Assembly: GCA_963737655.1 (NCBI GenBank) | Contig: CAVTTN010000002.1 | Location: forward strand, 832,001 to 896,000 | DNA: 64,000 nucleotides | Direction: 5' to 3' | Source of the DNA: an uncultured Planctomycetota bacterium | Lineage (GTDB): Bacteria > Planctomycetota > Planctomycetia > Isosphaerales > Isosphaeraceae | Shown: piece after piece, positions 34,331 to 47,664 of the stretch | Layout: each line of letters opens with the position of its first letter | How positions within the stretch are numbered: position 1 is the first letter of the stretch | Notes under the pieces: model-generated | The model's input: the letters and a program-made list of their open reading frames with translations, nothing else | Databases searched by the model: none | Told to the model about the DNA's origin: nothing | Translations under genes and position numbers: made by a program

Positions 34331-36049
34331 ATGACGCAATGCTTGATGGCCCTGGCCCTCGCGATGCCCTCCGCCGCCGGACCCGAGTTGAAGGTCTCGT
34401 GGCTCGGCAACAGCTTCCCGGGCTCCGGCGGCAAGTGGGTCCAGAACTTCTTCATCCACATGAACACCCGCCCCGACGGCTCCTGCATCTCCTGGAGCCA
34501 CTGGGACGAGGGCGGCAAGCGATTCGGCGTCTACAAGGACGGCGACGTGGTCGGCGACGAGGATCTCGGCGCCAACAGCCTTCGCGTCAAGGATCGCGAC
34601 GGCCGATCGTGGGAGATCGTCGCCCGCTACGTCGAGCCGAAAGATCATGAATACGACTTCGTGCCCGAGGGTATCCGCCGGGACGGCCAGATCGTCCGGT
34701 TCCCGGGCCTCGAACAGCCGATGGCCCTGGCGATGGCCAGGGACGGGACCTTGATGGTGGCCGATTCGGGCACCGGGTCTCGACAGCAGGTGTTGTTTTA
34801 CGACATTTCCGACCCCGACCGCCCGAAGCTCGCCCGCGAATTCGGCGACCGCGGAGGGATCGGCTCGGGGACTCCCGGCGAGGTCTCTCCGACGAAGTTC
34901 TGGGGCATCCGCGGAGTGGGGATGGACCGCGAGGGGAACCTCTTCGTCGCCCAGAGCGAGATGGGCACCGTCCTCCGCAAGTTCTCGGCCGACGGCAAGC
35001 TCGATTGGCAGCTCTTCGGCCATTTCTTCGTCGATGGCGTGAGCCCCGACCCCACGACCGACGGCGAGGACGTCTGGGGCATCCAGGAACATTACAAGAT
35101 GGATTATTCCCGCCCCCCGGGGCGGGAATCGAAGTGGGTCGGCTACTCGCTCGACCGCCACAAGTACCCGGACGACCCCCGCGGCCTCACCTTCGTGAAG
35201 CAGCAGGGGGAGCACGGATTGACGTCCCCTCAGGTCGTGTACCTCGAGGGCAAGCGGTTCCTGTTCGTCGGCGGGATGTTCGCGAGCAATTTTATCAACA
35301 TTTTTCGCTACGACGGCGAGATCGCCGTCCCCTCGGGCCTGGTCATGCAGTGGGACGGCGGCCTGTATCGGACCGAGCAGAGATGGCCGCCGAACCGCCC
35401 CAAGGGATCGTTCCTCTGGCGAGACCTCAACGGCGACGGGGCCTATCAGGCCGACGAGTTCGCTTCGAACACCGATCGCGTCCGTCCCGGGCCGTTCTGG
35501 GTGGACAGGAAGGGGAACATCTGGATGGCCTACGGCTTCTTCCGCTACGACTTCCAGGGCCTCGACCCCAGGGGCAACCCGATCTATCGCGCCGACAAGG
35601 TCACGCCGATGGAGAAGCCCCGCGGGATGAAGACCGTGGCGAGGGTCCAGTACGACTCCGACAGCGATACCCTCGTGGCCGCCGAGGAGGGCGAGGACAT
35701 GAGGCACATCGGGCGCGTGTTCATTTGCAAGGATTATCTCGCCGGCAATCGCGACGCCGTGACGTTCACGCCCGGGGCCCGGGGGGAGGCGGCGTGCCTC
35801 GCGGCGGCCGGAGATTACGTGTTCACCGGAGGATGGAAGGCCCGGGGGAAGATCTGGGCCAATCGGGTCCGCGACGGCGAGGAAGTCGCCGTGTTCGACC
35901 CGGGCCCGACGCTCGGAGGGATCGAGAACACCGGATGGATCGACGTCATGACGGGCATCACCGCACTGAAGCGAAAGGACGGCGAGTACCTCGTGTTCGT
36001 CGAGGAAGATTACAAGGCGAAGGTGATCCTCTACCGCTGGCGGCCGTGA
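34331..36049 (+). CDS. Secreted NHL-repeat/beta-propeller protein
   Basis: Signal peptide; PMALAMARDGTLMVADS and WGIRGVGMDREGNLFV; one DLNGDG Ca-binding loop. Confidence 0.75.
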   Translation: MTQCLMALALAMPSAAGPELKVSWLGNSFPGSGGKWVQNFFIHMNTRPDGSCISWSHWDEGGKRFGVYKDGDVVGDEDLGANSLRVKDRDGRSWEIVARYVEPKDHEYDFVPEGIRRDGQIVRFPGLEQPMALAMARDGTLMVADSGTGSRQQVLFYDISDPDRPKLAREFGDRGGIGSGTPGEVSPTKFWGIRGVGMDREGNLFVAQSEMGTVLRKFSADGKLDWQLFGHFFVDGVSPDPTTDGEDVWGIQEHYKMDYSRPPGRESKWVGYSLDRHKYPDDPRGLTFVKQQGEHGLTSPQVVYLEGKRFLFVGGMFASNFINIFRYDGEIAVPSGLVMQWDGGLYRTEQRWPPNRPKGSFLWRDLNGDGAYQADEFASNTDRVRPGPFWVDRKGNIWMAYGFFRYDFQGLDPRGNPIYRADKVTPMEKPRGMKTVARVQYDSDSDTLVAAEEGEDMRHIGRVFICKDYLAGNRDAVTFTPGARGEAACLAAAGDYVFTGGWKARGKIWANRVRDGEEVAVFDPGPTLGGIENTGWIDVMTGITALKRKDGEYLVFVEEDYKAKVILYRWRP

Positions 36050-36232
36050 GGCGTTTCGGAGATCGGGACGGATTCCGCTTGCGATTTGGCCTCGGTCCCC
36101 GGAATCTTGGGTCGAACGCGCCGTGGAGGTCGCTCCTTGATCTTTTCGAGGGCGTGATGCCCCCCGGTCCACGGCGGATCGGCCTCTCCCGCGATGGATG
36201 CGGTTTCCCTGTTTCCGGAGGAGTCCCCCCTC

Positions 36233-36811
36233 ATGACGACTCGCCGAACGTCCCTGGCCACCCTGGCCCTCGTGATCGGTCTGAGCGCGACATGGACCCT
36301 GGCTCAAGGTCCGGGCCCCGGCCCGGGTGGTCCCGGAGGCCCGGGCGGTCGAGGTCTTGGCGGCGGCGGCTTCCCGCCCAATCCGTTGATGCAGGCCCTG
36401 GACACCGACGGCGATGGTGAACTTTCGGCGAAGGAAATCGAGAACGCCTCGACCGCGCTGAAGGCCCTCGACAAGGACAAGAACGGCAAGCTGACCGCCG
36501 AGGAAGTCCGCCCCGACTTCGGCCGGTTCGGCCCCGGCGGCCCCGGAGGAGGCCGAGGCGCCAACCCTCAGGAACTCGTCGCCCAGTTCATGGCCTTCGA
36601 CAAGAACGAGGACGGCAAGCTCACCCGCGAGGAGCTCCCCGAGCGGATGAGGGGCTTGATGGATCGGGCCGACACGAACAAAGATGGTGTGGTCGACAAG
36701 GCCGAGCTCACCAAGCTCGCCGAGAGCCAGGCCCGGACCGGACCCGGCATGAGGGGCGGCCCTCGCGGCGAACAGCGCAAGGATCAGGCTCGCCCCCCCG
36801 AAGACAAGTGA
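36233..36811 (+). CDS. Secreted EF-hand protein with Gly/Pro-rich linkers
   Basis: GGAGGAG RBS; four EF loops: DTDGDGELSAKE, DKDKNGKLTAEE, DKNEDGKLTREE and DTNKDGVVDKAE. Confidence 0.9.
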   Translation: MTTRRTSLATLALVIGLSATWTLAQGPGPGPGGPGGPGGRGLGGGGFPPNPLMQALDTDGDGELSAKEIENASTALKALDKDKNGKLTAEEVRPDFGRFGPGGPGGGRGANPQELVAQFMAFDKNEDGKLTREELPERMRGLMDRADTNKDGVVDKAELTKLAESQARTGPGMRGGPRGEQRKDQARPPEDK

Positions 36812-36816
36812 ATTCG

Positions 36817-36899
36817 TCGATCCGCGGATGACGCAGGCGACCGCAGATGAATGGCAAAATGAAAAACGTTTTATTTCGTCTGCGTCATCCGCGGATCGA
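36817..36899. repeat. Palindromic element (24-bp inverted repeat, AT-rich spacer)
   Basis: TCGATCCGCGGATGACGCAGGCGA (36817-36840) vs TCGTCTGCGTCATCCGCGGATCGA (36876-36899), one G-T pair. Confidence 0.8.
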
Positions 36900-36943
36900 T
36901 CCCCCCCGAGACGACCGCAACCCGAGGCCCGATGGGATTCGTC

Positions 36944-38540
36944 ATGCCCCGCTTGATGATCGCCGCCGTCGTGTTCCTGGCCGTCCCGTCCTCTCCCCGG
37001 GCGGCGAGCGATTTCACGTTTTATCATGAGAACGTGATGGGGACCTCGCTGGAGGTCCGCGTCCGGGCCGACTCGGCCGAGGCCGCGAGCCGGGCCGAGG
37101 CGCACGCCCTGGCCGAAATCGACCGGCTCTCGGCCGTGTTCAGCGGCTACGAGGCGGCCAGCGAGTTCCGCCGCTGGGAGGCCGCCGCGAAAGGGCCGGT
37201 GAAGGTCTCCCCCGAGCTGTTCGAGGTCTTCGCCCTCGCCGATTCGTGGCGAGAGCGGAGCGGAGGGGCGTTCGATCCCCGCGTTCAGGCCCTTTCGCGG
37301 CTCTGGTCCGCCTCGGCCAGGGCCGGTCGCGTCCCTGGCGATCCGGAAGATCGCCGCGGCCCTGAGCTCGATGGCGAAGCCGGCCTGGAGGCTCGACCCG
37401 GCGGCCGGGACCGTCGAGCGGCTGACCGACTCGCCGATCACCTTCAACGCCATCGCCAAGGGGTTCATCCTCGACCTCGCGGCGGACCGCGCGTTCGGGC
37501 CCGATCGCGGCGTCTCGGGCGTCCTCTTGAACGCCGGGGGCGACCTGAAGGCCCGGGGGGACTCCGCCCGCATCCTCGGGATCGCCTCGCCGTTCGCCGA
37601 CTCCGAGACGACCGAGCCGATCGCTTTCGTCGAGGTCCGCGACCGCGCCGTCTCGACCAGCGGGCGTTCCCAGCGGGGGTTTTCGATCGGTGGCCGCTGG
37701 TATTCTCACATTTTTGACCCGAGGACCGGGCGGCCCGTCGAGACGACGGTCGCGGCCACGGTGATCGCCGACCGCTCGGCCGACGCCGACGCCCTGGCCA
37801 CGATCTTCAACGTCCTGGGCGTCGAGGACAGCCTCCGCCTGGCGAACGCGCTGCCCGGGGTCGCCTGCCTGCTCGTCACGAGCGACGGCCGGACGTTCCC
37901 GAGCGACGGGTGGGCCGGCTTCGAGAGGCCGAGGCCGCCCGCGAAAGACCTCGCCATGGCCCAGGCCCCGAAGGCGAAGGACGAGCCCAGGCCGAAAGAG
38001 GAGCCGAAGGCCCCGAAGGTCAAGGACGAGCCGAAGGGCAAGGCCGCGGCCCCGGGCGAGTACGAGCTGCTCGTCAAGTTCGAGATCAACAAGCCCGACG
38101 GCGAGGCCCGCCGCTACCGCCGTCCCTACGTGGCGATCTGGATCGAGGACAAGGACGGCTTCCCCGTCCGCAACCTGACGCTCTGGGTCTCCCAGGGAGG
38201 CGCCGGGCCGGGCCAGTGGCTGCCGGACCTGAAGCGGTGGTATCGCAGCGACCAGGCCCGCCGCCTGGTCGATAACGTGGACATGCTGCCGACGATCTCC
38301 CGGCCCACGAGGATGCCGGGCGAATACTCGGTGATCTGGGACGGCAAGGACGACAAGGGCAAAACCGTCCCCCCGGGCGAGTACACCCTGTTCATCGACG
38401 CCGCCCGCGAGCACGGGACGTATCAAAACATCCGCAAGACCATCCAGGTCGGGGACAAGCCGTTCGTCGAGGAACTCAAGGGGAATGTCGAGATCAAATC
38501 CGCGGCGCTCGAATATCGCCGAAAAGCTCCGGCAAAGTGA
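36944..38540 (+). CDS. apbE: FAD:protein FMN transferase (ApbE) fused to DUF2271; frameshift ~37346-37349
   Basis: NVMGTS, SGGAFDP, FNAIAKGFILD, LNAGGDL, VSTSG, SHIFDPRTG and ADALAT. C-terminal RPYVAIWIED...WDGKDDKG...YTLFIDAAREHG matches DUF2271. Confidence 0.88.
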
Positions 38541-39207
38541 ATCCTCGGCGTCCCATCCCGCGCCCCATGACCGCTCGCTCCGCCGCAGGGTGAACATCAA
38601 GTTCGCGGCGTTCATGAGGTGGCTGCACATTTATTTGTCGATGTTCGGCCTGGCGGCGGTCCTGTTCTTCAGCGTCACAGGGATCACGCTCAACCATCCC
38701 GACTGGTTCTTCGAGAAATCCGAGAGGAGCGACCGGGCCGACGGCCGGATGGAGCCCCGATGGCTCCGCCCGGCCTCGCCTCCTCCGGGTGCCGATGCCG
38801 ACCCCTTGCTCGGAGTGGCCAAGCTGGAGGTCGCCGAGTTCCTGCGGAAGGCCCACGGGGTCCGCGGGGCCGTCACGGAGTTTCGCGCGGACGAGGCCGA
38901 ATGCACGGTCGCCTTCAAGGGCCCGGGATACTCGGCCGACGCCTTCATCGACCGCGACACGGGCAAATACACGCTCACACAATCGTATCACGGCTTCATC
39001 GCCGTGATGAACGACCTGCACAAGGGGCGAGACACGGGCAAGGCCTGGTCGTGGGTGATCGACGTCTCGGCGGTGGGGATGACGATCATCTCGCTGACGG
39101 GCCTGGTCCTGCTGTTCTACCTGAAGCGCCGGAGGCTCCCGGGGCTGGTGGTCACGGTCGTTGGGGCCGTGGCGGTGCTGGTGGTGGTCTGGCTCTGGGT
39201 GCCTTGA
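38485..39207 (+). CDS. PepSY-associated TM helix protein
   Basis: RWLHIYLS, FFSVTGITLNH, NDLHKGRDTG and W.WVIDVS..GLVLL. Start is uncertain. Confidence 0.88.
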   Translation: MSRSNPRRSNIAEKLRQSESSASHPAPHDRSLRRRVNIKFAAFMRWLHIYLSMFGLAAVLFFSVTGITLNHPDWFFEKSERSDRADGRMEPRWLRPASPPPGADADPLLGVAKLEVAEFLRKAHGVRGAVTEFRADEAECTVAFKGPGYSADAFIDRDTGKYTLTQSYHGFIAVMNDLHKGRDTGKAWSWVIDVSAVGMTIISLTGLVLLFYLKRRRLPGLVVTVVGAVAVLVVVWLWVP

Positions 39208-39355
39208 CCATCGTCGGAGCACGGCCCCGGGGAAAATTCCAGGAGCTTCGCCGCCAAGTCCCAAGGAGCGCGCAGGAAGACGCGAAGACGACCGGGTGGC
39301 TTGGCGGCGGATGTGGGTCGGCCCCCGAGGGGTTCTCCACGAAGTGGGATGGGCG

Positions 39356-40435
39356 TCACTTCGGGGCCGGCCTGGCCGCCTTCAAGGCGTTGGCTCGGGC
39401 GATCAGGGCGTCGGCCTCGGCGGTCTTCTTCTGGGATCGGAGGAAGGCCGCGTAATCGTCCATGACCTGGATCTCGGCGGCCGGGTCGGTGGGCGCGGCT
39501 TTCTCGGAAATCGCCAGGGCCTGGCGGAAGAAGCGGTCGGCCTCGTCGGGGCGGCCGAGTTCGCTGAGGATCTTGCCCATCTTCGCGGCGGCCCTGGCGA
39601 CGTGCGGGTGATCGACGCCCAGGGACCGTTCGTAGATCGCCAGGGACCGTTCCATCAGGGGGAGGGCCTCGGCGGCCTTGCCCTCGCGGAATTTCAGCCA
39701 GGCGAGGGCCTCCAGGCTCGCGGCGAGGTCGGGATGATCGGGGGCGACGGCCTGCTCTCGGATCGCCACGGCCCGGCGATAGAGAGGCTCGGCCCGGTCA
39801 AACTTCCCTTGCTCCAGGTAGAGCGTTCCCAGGTTGTGCAGGGTCGGCACGAGGAAGGCCGGAGGGGCCTTCGGCGTCTTCTCGCGGATGGCCAGGGCGC
39901 GGCGGTACAGGGCCTCGGCCTCGTCGGCGCGGCCCTGGGCGTGGGCGATCGCCGCGAGGTTGTCGAGGACCGGCGCCTCGCTCGGGTGATCGGCCCCTCG
40001 GGCCTTCTCCAGGATGCTCAGGCAGCGTTCGAAGAGGGGACGGGCCTGGTCGGGCTTGCCGGCGTGGTCCAGGATGCAGGCCAGCGTGTTCAGGGCCATG
40101 GCCGACTCGGGATGGTCGGGGCCGAAGCGGGTCTGGCAGATCGCCACGGCCTTTCGGGCCATCGCCTCGGCCTCGTCGCGGCGCCCCTGAGCGTCCAGGA
40201 CCCAGGCCAGGTGATCGAGTGCCGTGGCCATCTCCGGGCCGTCGGCGGCCGCGGCGCCGGCCTCCTTCACGGCGGCTCGGAGCCGGAGTTCGGCCTCGTC
40301 GAGCTTACCGGCGCGGAACGCCTTCCAGCCGGCCTGATCGTCCGCTTTCCACGCCGGATCGTCGGCCCTCGCGGTCGCGGTGGCCAGCCCGGCCATCAGC
40401 ATCGCCGCCAGGGTTCCCCGGATCGTCCTGGTCAT
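39356..40435 (-). CDS. Secreted tetratricopeptide repeat protein
   Basis: AAGGAGG RBS; signal peptide; repeated AEALYRRALAIREK..G.DHP units. Confidence 0.9.
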   Translation of the reverse strand: MTRTIRGTLAAMLMAGLATATARADDPAWKADDQAGWKAFRAGKLDEAELRLRAAVKEAGAAAADGPEMATALDHLAWVLDAQGRRDEAEAMARKAVAICQTRFGPDHPESAMALNTLACILDHAGKPDQARPLFERCLSILEKARGADHPSEAPVLDNLAAIAHAQGRADEAEALYRRALAIREKTPKAPPAFLVPTLHNLGTLYLEQGKFDRAEPLYRRAVAIREQAVAPDHPDLAASLEALAWLKFREGKAAEALPLMERSLAIYERSLGVDHPHVARAAAKMGKILSELGRPDEADRFFRQALAISEKAAPTDPAAEIQVMDDYAAFLRSQKKTAEADALIARANALKAARPAPK

Positions 40436-40473
40436 CGCTTTCGACCTCCTTTGATGATGTTGTGCCAGGTCAT

Positions 40474-41360
40474 TCACAGATTATGATCTTGCCATTCCGC
40501 GTAGTCGAAGCTCCAGTGCGGGCTCGACCACGAGCGTTCCAAAGGGACCTCGCGGACGGGGGCGGGGGCCGGAGCGGCGACGACCTCGGGCGAGGCGGCG
40601 GCCGAGGGATAGTAACCGACCCCGTAATAGCCGGACCGGTAGGCGTATCGAGGCGCCGAGGGCAAAACCAAGGCGGGTTGCGGCCGGGCCGCGACCTCGA
40701 AGTACCGCTCCGGCTCTTTTCGGAACGCGGCGACGCACGCCTCGGAGTCGAGGAATGCGACCTGCCCCCCCCGGGAGACCTTGATCGGCTGGCCGGCCGA
40801 GCCGAGCGGCTTGCCGCAGACGGGGCATACCTTCTGGGCGTCGATCGCCGAGCGGTCCTCGGGCCGGGCGATGGCGAAGGCGAATTCCCCGGCCGGAGCC
40901 GCCGGAGAGATCGACGAAACGAGCACGAACGGGACGGTGAATGAGGCGACGGGCTCCTCCGAGTCCGCCAGGCCGGAGATCTTGAACGCCACCTTGACAT
41001 CGCGGACCGGCACCCAGCTCAGGTCGGCGGACAGGTCGAGCGATTCGGGCTCGCGGCCCCGGGCCGGGGCATGGCCCTGGAGCGGGAAAGCCAGCGACTG
41101 GGAGATGCCGGGCAGCGAGAAATCCGCCTCGCCGGTCAGCTTCGAGACGGCGACCGGGACGTTGGCCTTCGTCCGGGGGAAGACGCGCACGCCCGTCTTG
41201 TAGAAGAAGACCTCGAAGCGGTGGCGGGCCGTCGTCACCAGCCAGCCGCCCCGATGCGAGCGGACCGGCGGCTCTCCCTCGACGGATCGGGCGATGTTGT
41301 GAGCGGGGAAGTGCAGAGAACGGCGCCCAGGACGATCCAGGGTCGGGATGTTCGAGTCAT
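40474..41360 (-). CDS. Secreted protein with a TRASH/YHS-like metal-binding motif; frameshift ~41295-41310
   Basis: AAGGAG + ATG 41360 gives the signal MTRTSRPWIVLGAVLC; HRGG..HRFE; QKVCPVCGKPL..FLDSEACVAAFRKEPERY. Confidence 0.6.
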
Positions 41361-41954
41361 CCGAGCATTCTCCTTCGGGCGTCCATGACCGAGCCCGGAG
41401 GGTTCCCCGGGGAATCCCGTGAGACGGGCAAGAGGCTCGACCACCGTGGGCCGCGGCCTTGGTCCGAGTCAACCCGGGCGTGGGCCCGCCATCACCTCGT
41501 CCCGAGATCGCGGCCGCCATGATCGCTCAAGGATGCCATCGTGAGGGGTGAGCGGATTGATGCGTCCCCGGATCGGAAGGGGTGCGCAAAAAAATCCCCA
41601 GCCGCGTCCGTAGTGACACGGTGAGGCCGTCATAGCCTGGAGCTTCGCCCATCGCGAGCCAATCCTGGCCAAATCATACGTATGGGATCGAGAAAGTCAA
41701 CGGGGTCGTCCTCGGTGCCTCGTCCGTCGAGGAAGCGACGGACGGTTCCCCGGAGGGGTTTGGGGAGTCGCGAGTTCCGAGGCTGAAACGCGGGCCACTC
41801 GGCGCGTTCCGGACTCCGATCAAGCCGACGGTTCTGGCCGGTGCGAGGAGCCGGGAGGCGGACCCTGGTTCGAGCGGTTCCGGGGGTGTAACATCCACAG
41901 GCGGCTGACCGGGTCGTGCCGAGGCCCTCCCACCGATCCCGAGGATTCCCGCCC

Positions 41955-43049
41955 ATGAATCGCTTCCCCCGAGTCTTCGTCGCGGCGGCATTGGCCATCG
42001 GGGCCCTGGCGGCCCCTGCGCTGAGCTACGGCCATGATGGCCCTCACGGCGCCGGGGCGGACGCCGTCGCCAAAGCATCCCACGAGATGGCCCACGCCGC
42101 CAACCACCTCTGGGCGGCCCTGACCCCCGAGCAGAAGGCCAAGGCCGGATTCGACTTCAAGGATGAGCAACGGCTCGACTGGCACTTCATCCCCCGGCCG
42201 AGGAAGGGCCTTCCCTGGAAGGAGATGACCGCCCCTCAGCAGGCCCTGGCCCACGGCCTGCTCGCCAGCGGGTTGAGCACTCGCGGGTACATCAAGGCCG
42301 AGACCATCATGAGCCTGGAGGGCATCCTCCAGGAGATGGAGAAGGGCAGCGGCCCGGTCCGCGACTCCGAACTCTACTATTTCAGCATCTTCGGCACGCC
42401 GGGGGCCGACGACGGCAAGGCCCCCTGGGGCTGGCGGGTCGAGGGGCACCACCTCTCGCTGAACTTCACGATCGCCGGGGACAAGGGGGCCGTGGGCGGG
42501 CCGACCTTCATGGGCACCAACCCCGCCGAGGTCCGCCAAGGGCCGAGGAAGGGCCTCCGCGTCCTCGGCGAGGAGGAAGACCTCGCCCGCAAGCTGGTCA
42601 AGTCCCTGAACGAGGACCAGAAGAAGAAGGCCGTCGTCGCGTCCGAGGCCCCCAAGGACATCCTCTCGTTCGTGGTCCGCAAGGCCAAGCCCCTGGAGCC
42701 CGCCGGCATCCTCGCCGCCGAACTATCGGCCGAGCAGAAGGAGCTGCTCACCCAGCTCATCACCGCCTATGCCGAGAGGCTTCGGCCCGAGCTCGCCGCC
42801 CAGGACCTCGCCAAGATCTTCAAGGCCGGCGCGGACAAGGTCGGATTCGCCTGGGCGGGCGGATTCGAGCAGGGCGAGCCCCATTATTATCGGGTCCAGG
42901 GGCCGACGTTCCTCGTCGAATACGACAACACGCAGAACAACGCCAATCACGTCCACAGCGTCTGGCGCGACTTCGACGGCGACTTCGGCGACGACCTCCT
43001 CCGCAAGCATTACGAGGAGTCGCCCCACCACCAGGCCGAGAAGAAGTAG
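41955..43049 (+). CDS. DUF3500 domain protein (secreted)
   Basis: WHFIP, YYFSIFGTP, WGWRVEGHHLSLNF, YYRVQGP and NHVHSVWRDFDGDFG. Confidence 0.9.
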   Translation: MNRFPRVFVAAALAIGALAAPALSYGHDGPHGAGADAVAKASHEMAHAANHLWAALTPEQKAKAGFDFKDEQRLDWHFIPRPRKGLPWKEMTAPQQALAHGLLASGLSTRGYIKAETIMSLEGILQEMEKGSGPVRDSELYYFSIFGTPGADDGKAPWGWRVEGHHLSLNFTIAGDKGAVGGPTFMGTNPAEVRQGPRKGLRVLGEEEDLARKLVKSLNEDQKKKAVVASEAPKDILSFVVRKAKPLEPAGILAAELSAEQKELLTQLITAYAERLRPELAAQDLAKIFKAGADKVGFAWAGGFEQGEPHYYRVQGPTFLVEYDNTQNNANHVHSVWRDFDGDFGDDLLRKHYEESPHHQAEKK

Positions 43050-43083
43050 GGCCGAGACCGACCTCGGCCCATCCTGGTCGATC

Positions 43084-43170
43084 TGCCCACGTCCTCGTGG
43101 GCATGGGCGGATCAGCGAAGAGAAAATCTACGACGTGAAGACATGCCCACGAGGACGTGGGCATGCCACC
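43084..43170. repeat. REPIN-like doublet: two inverted REP-like hairpins
   Basis: TGCCCACGTCCTCGTGGGCATG (43084-43105) and its exact reverse complement (43142-43163). Each is itself a hairpin; GTGG precedes the right copy on the minus strand. Confidence 0.8.
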
Positions 43171-43234
43171 CGATCGGTCTGCTCTCCCAGGAACCCCGGC
43201 GGACCGGAATTCTTGAGAGAGCACGGCCGGTCCG

Positions 43235-45841
<2,607 letters not shown>

Positions 45842-46203
45842 GACTCGGGATGCCTCTCGCGAAGGGGGGCCCTTGGCCCCGTGCCGGGGCCGGGGAGGGT
45901 GAAGCTGGCCAGATTGTGGCGACAATGATGGCGGACTGCGGGGAATGGGGCAGTCGAATAGCAAATCAAGTGCCCTCTTGAAGACAAAAACGAAAATGAA
46001 CCCGACGACTCTGGCACGAGTCCCTGCGCATCGCCGGAGTCCGTGCTCGGGGCGTCGGCCGTCGGCGACCGGACGCATCCCTGTGGGAATGTTTCTTCCC
46101 AGCCACGCGGCCACGACGGGCGACGAGGTGTTCTCCCCGGCCGGATCTTGATAGCCTGGGTGGCCGTCGATTCCGAAGCCCAGACCCCAAAAGGATGCGA
46201 TCC

Positions 46204-47664
46204 GTGGCCGATCCCCAGACCCCCGATTGGGTCCGCGACGCGATCTTCTACCAGATCTTCCCCGACCGTTTCGCCCGGAGCCTGAGCGTCCCCAAGCCCT
46301 CGGGGATCGACGCCTGGGGCGACCCGCCCACGCCCCACGGCTACCAGGGCGGAGACCTCGTCGGGGTGGCCGAGAAGCTCGACTACCTCGCCGACCTCGG
46401 CGTGACGGCGATCTACTTCACGCCGATCTTCCAGAGCGCCTCCAATCACCGCTATCACACCCACGATTACTTGCGGGTCGATCCCATGCTCGGTGGGGAC
46501 GCCGCGCTCCGACGCCTCCTGGACGACGCCCATGGTCGCGGCATGAAGGTCGTCCTGGACGGCGTGTTCAACCACGCGAGCCGGGGGTTCTTCCAGTTCC
46601 ACGACATCCTGGAGAACGGGTCGAACTCCGCCTATCTCGACTGGTTCTCGGTCAAGGACTTCCCCCTCTACGCCTACGACCCCGACCGGCCGCCGAACTA
46701 CGGGGCGTGGTGGGGCTTGCCGGCCCTGCCGAAGTTCAACGTGAAGACCCCGGCCGTCCGCGAGTTCCTCTGGGGCGTGGCGCGGTCGTGGATCGACTTC
46801 GGGATCGACGGCTGGCGGCTGGACGTGGCCAACGAGATCGACGACGACGATTTCTGGAGAGAATTCCGCCGGAGGGTCCGCGAGGGGAACCCCGAGGCGT
46901 ACATCGTCGGCGAGGTCTGGACCGACTCCCGCCACTGGCTCCGCGGCGACATGTGGGACGCCGTGATGAACTACCTGTTCACCCGAGCCTGCATCGCCTT
47001 CTTCATCGGCGACGAAGTGGACGAAAAGGAGCTCAGGCGAACCTGCCTGCATCCGCCCGGACCCCCGGGGGCCGAGAATTTCTCGACCGCGATCGAGGGT
47101 CTGCTGGACCTCTACCACCCGAACGTCTCGGCGGTGATGCTGAACCTGCTGGACAGCCACGACATGGCCCGGTTCCTGACCCTCGCCCGGGGTGACCGCT
47201 CGGCGCTGAGCCTGGCCTCGACGTTCCAGATGACCTATCCCGGTGCACCCTCCATTTATTACGGCGACGAGATCGGCCTGCCCGGCGGCCACGACCCGTT
47301 CAACCGCGCGGCGTTCCCGTGGGAGGCCACGACCTGGGACATGGACCTCCTCCACGAGTTCCAGAGGCTGATCGCCTTGAGGAAGGCCCGGCCGTCGCTC
47401 CGAAGGGGGACGTATTCCACGCTCCTGGCCGCCGACGGCGTTCACGTCCATCTTCGGCAACTTGGTGAGGAATCGGTCGTCGTGGCGCTGAACGCCTCGC
47501 GATCGACCCGGAGGGTCAACGTGCCGACCTCGGGCCGGATCGCTTCCGGGACGACCCTGGAGGACGTCTGGAACCGGGGGACGGTCCGGGTCGAGGACGG
47601 CGCGATCCGGGAGCTGGAGCTGGCCCCGAGATCGAGCCGGATCGTCGCGACCCCGGCCCGGTGA
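46204..47664 (+). CDS. GH13 alpha-amylase family (cyclomaltodextrinase/neopullulanase-like)
   Basis: FYQIFPDRF, GGDLVG, SNHRYHT, VLDGVFNH, DGWRLDVANE, IVGEVW, LDSHD and YYGDEIG. Confidence 0.93.
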   Translation: MADPQTPDWVRDAIFYQIFPDRFARSLSVPKPSGIDAWGDPPTPHGYQGGDLVGVAEKLDYLADLGVTAIYFTPIFQSASNHRYHTHDYLRVDPMLGGDAALRRLLDDAHGRGMKVVLDGVFNHASRGFFQFHDILENGSNSAYLDWFSVKDFPLYAYDPDRPPNYGAWWGLPALPKFNVKTPAVREFLWGVARSWIDFGIDGWRLDVANEIDDDDFWREFRRRVREGNPEAYIVGEVWTDSRHWLRGDMWDAVMNYLFTRACIAFFIGDEVDEKELRRTCLHPPGPPGAENFSTAIEGLLDLYHPNVSAVMLNLLDSHDMARFLTLARGDRSALSLASTFQMTYPGAPSIYYGDEIGLPGGHDPFNRAAFPWEATTWDMDLLHEFQRLIALRKARPSLRRGTYSTLLAADGVHVHLRQLGEESVVVALNASRSTRRVNVPTSGRIASGTTLEDVWNRGTVRVEDGAIRELELAPRSSRIVATPAR

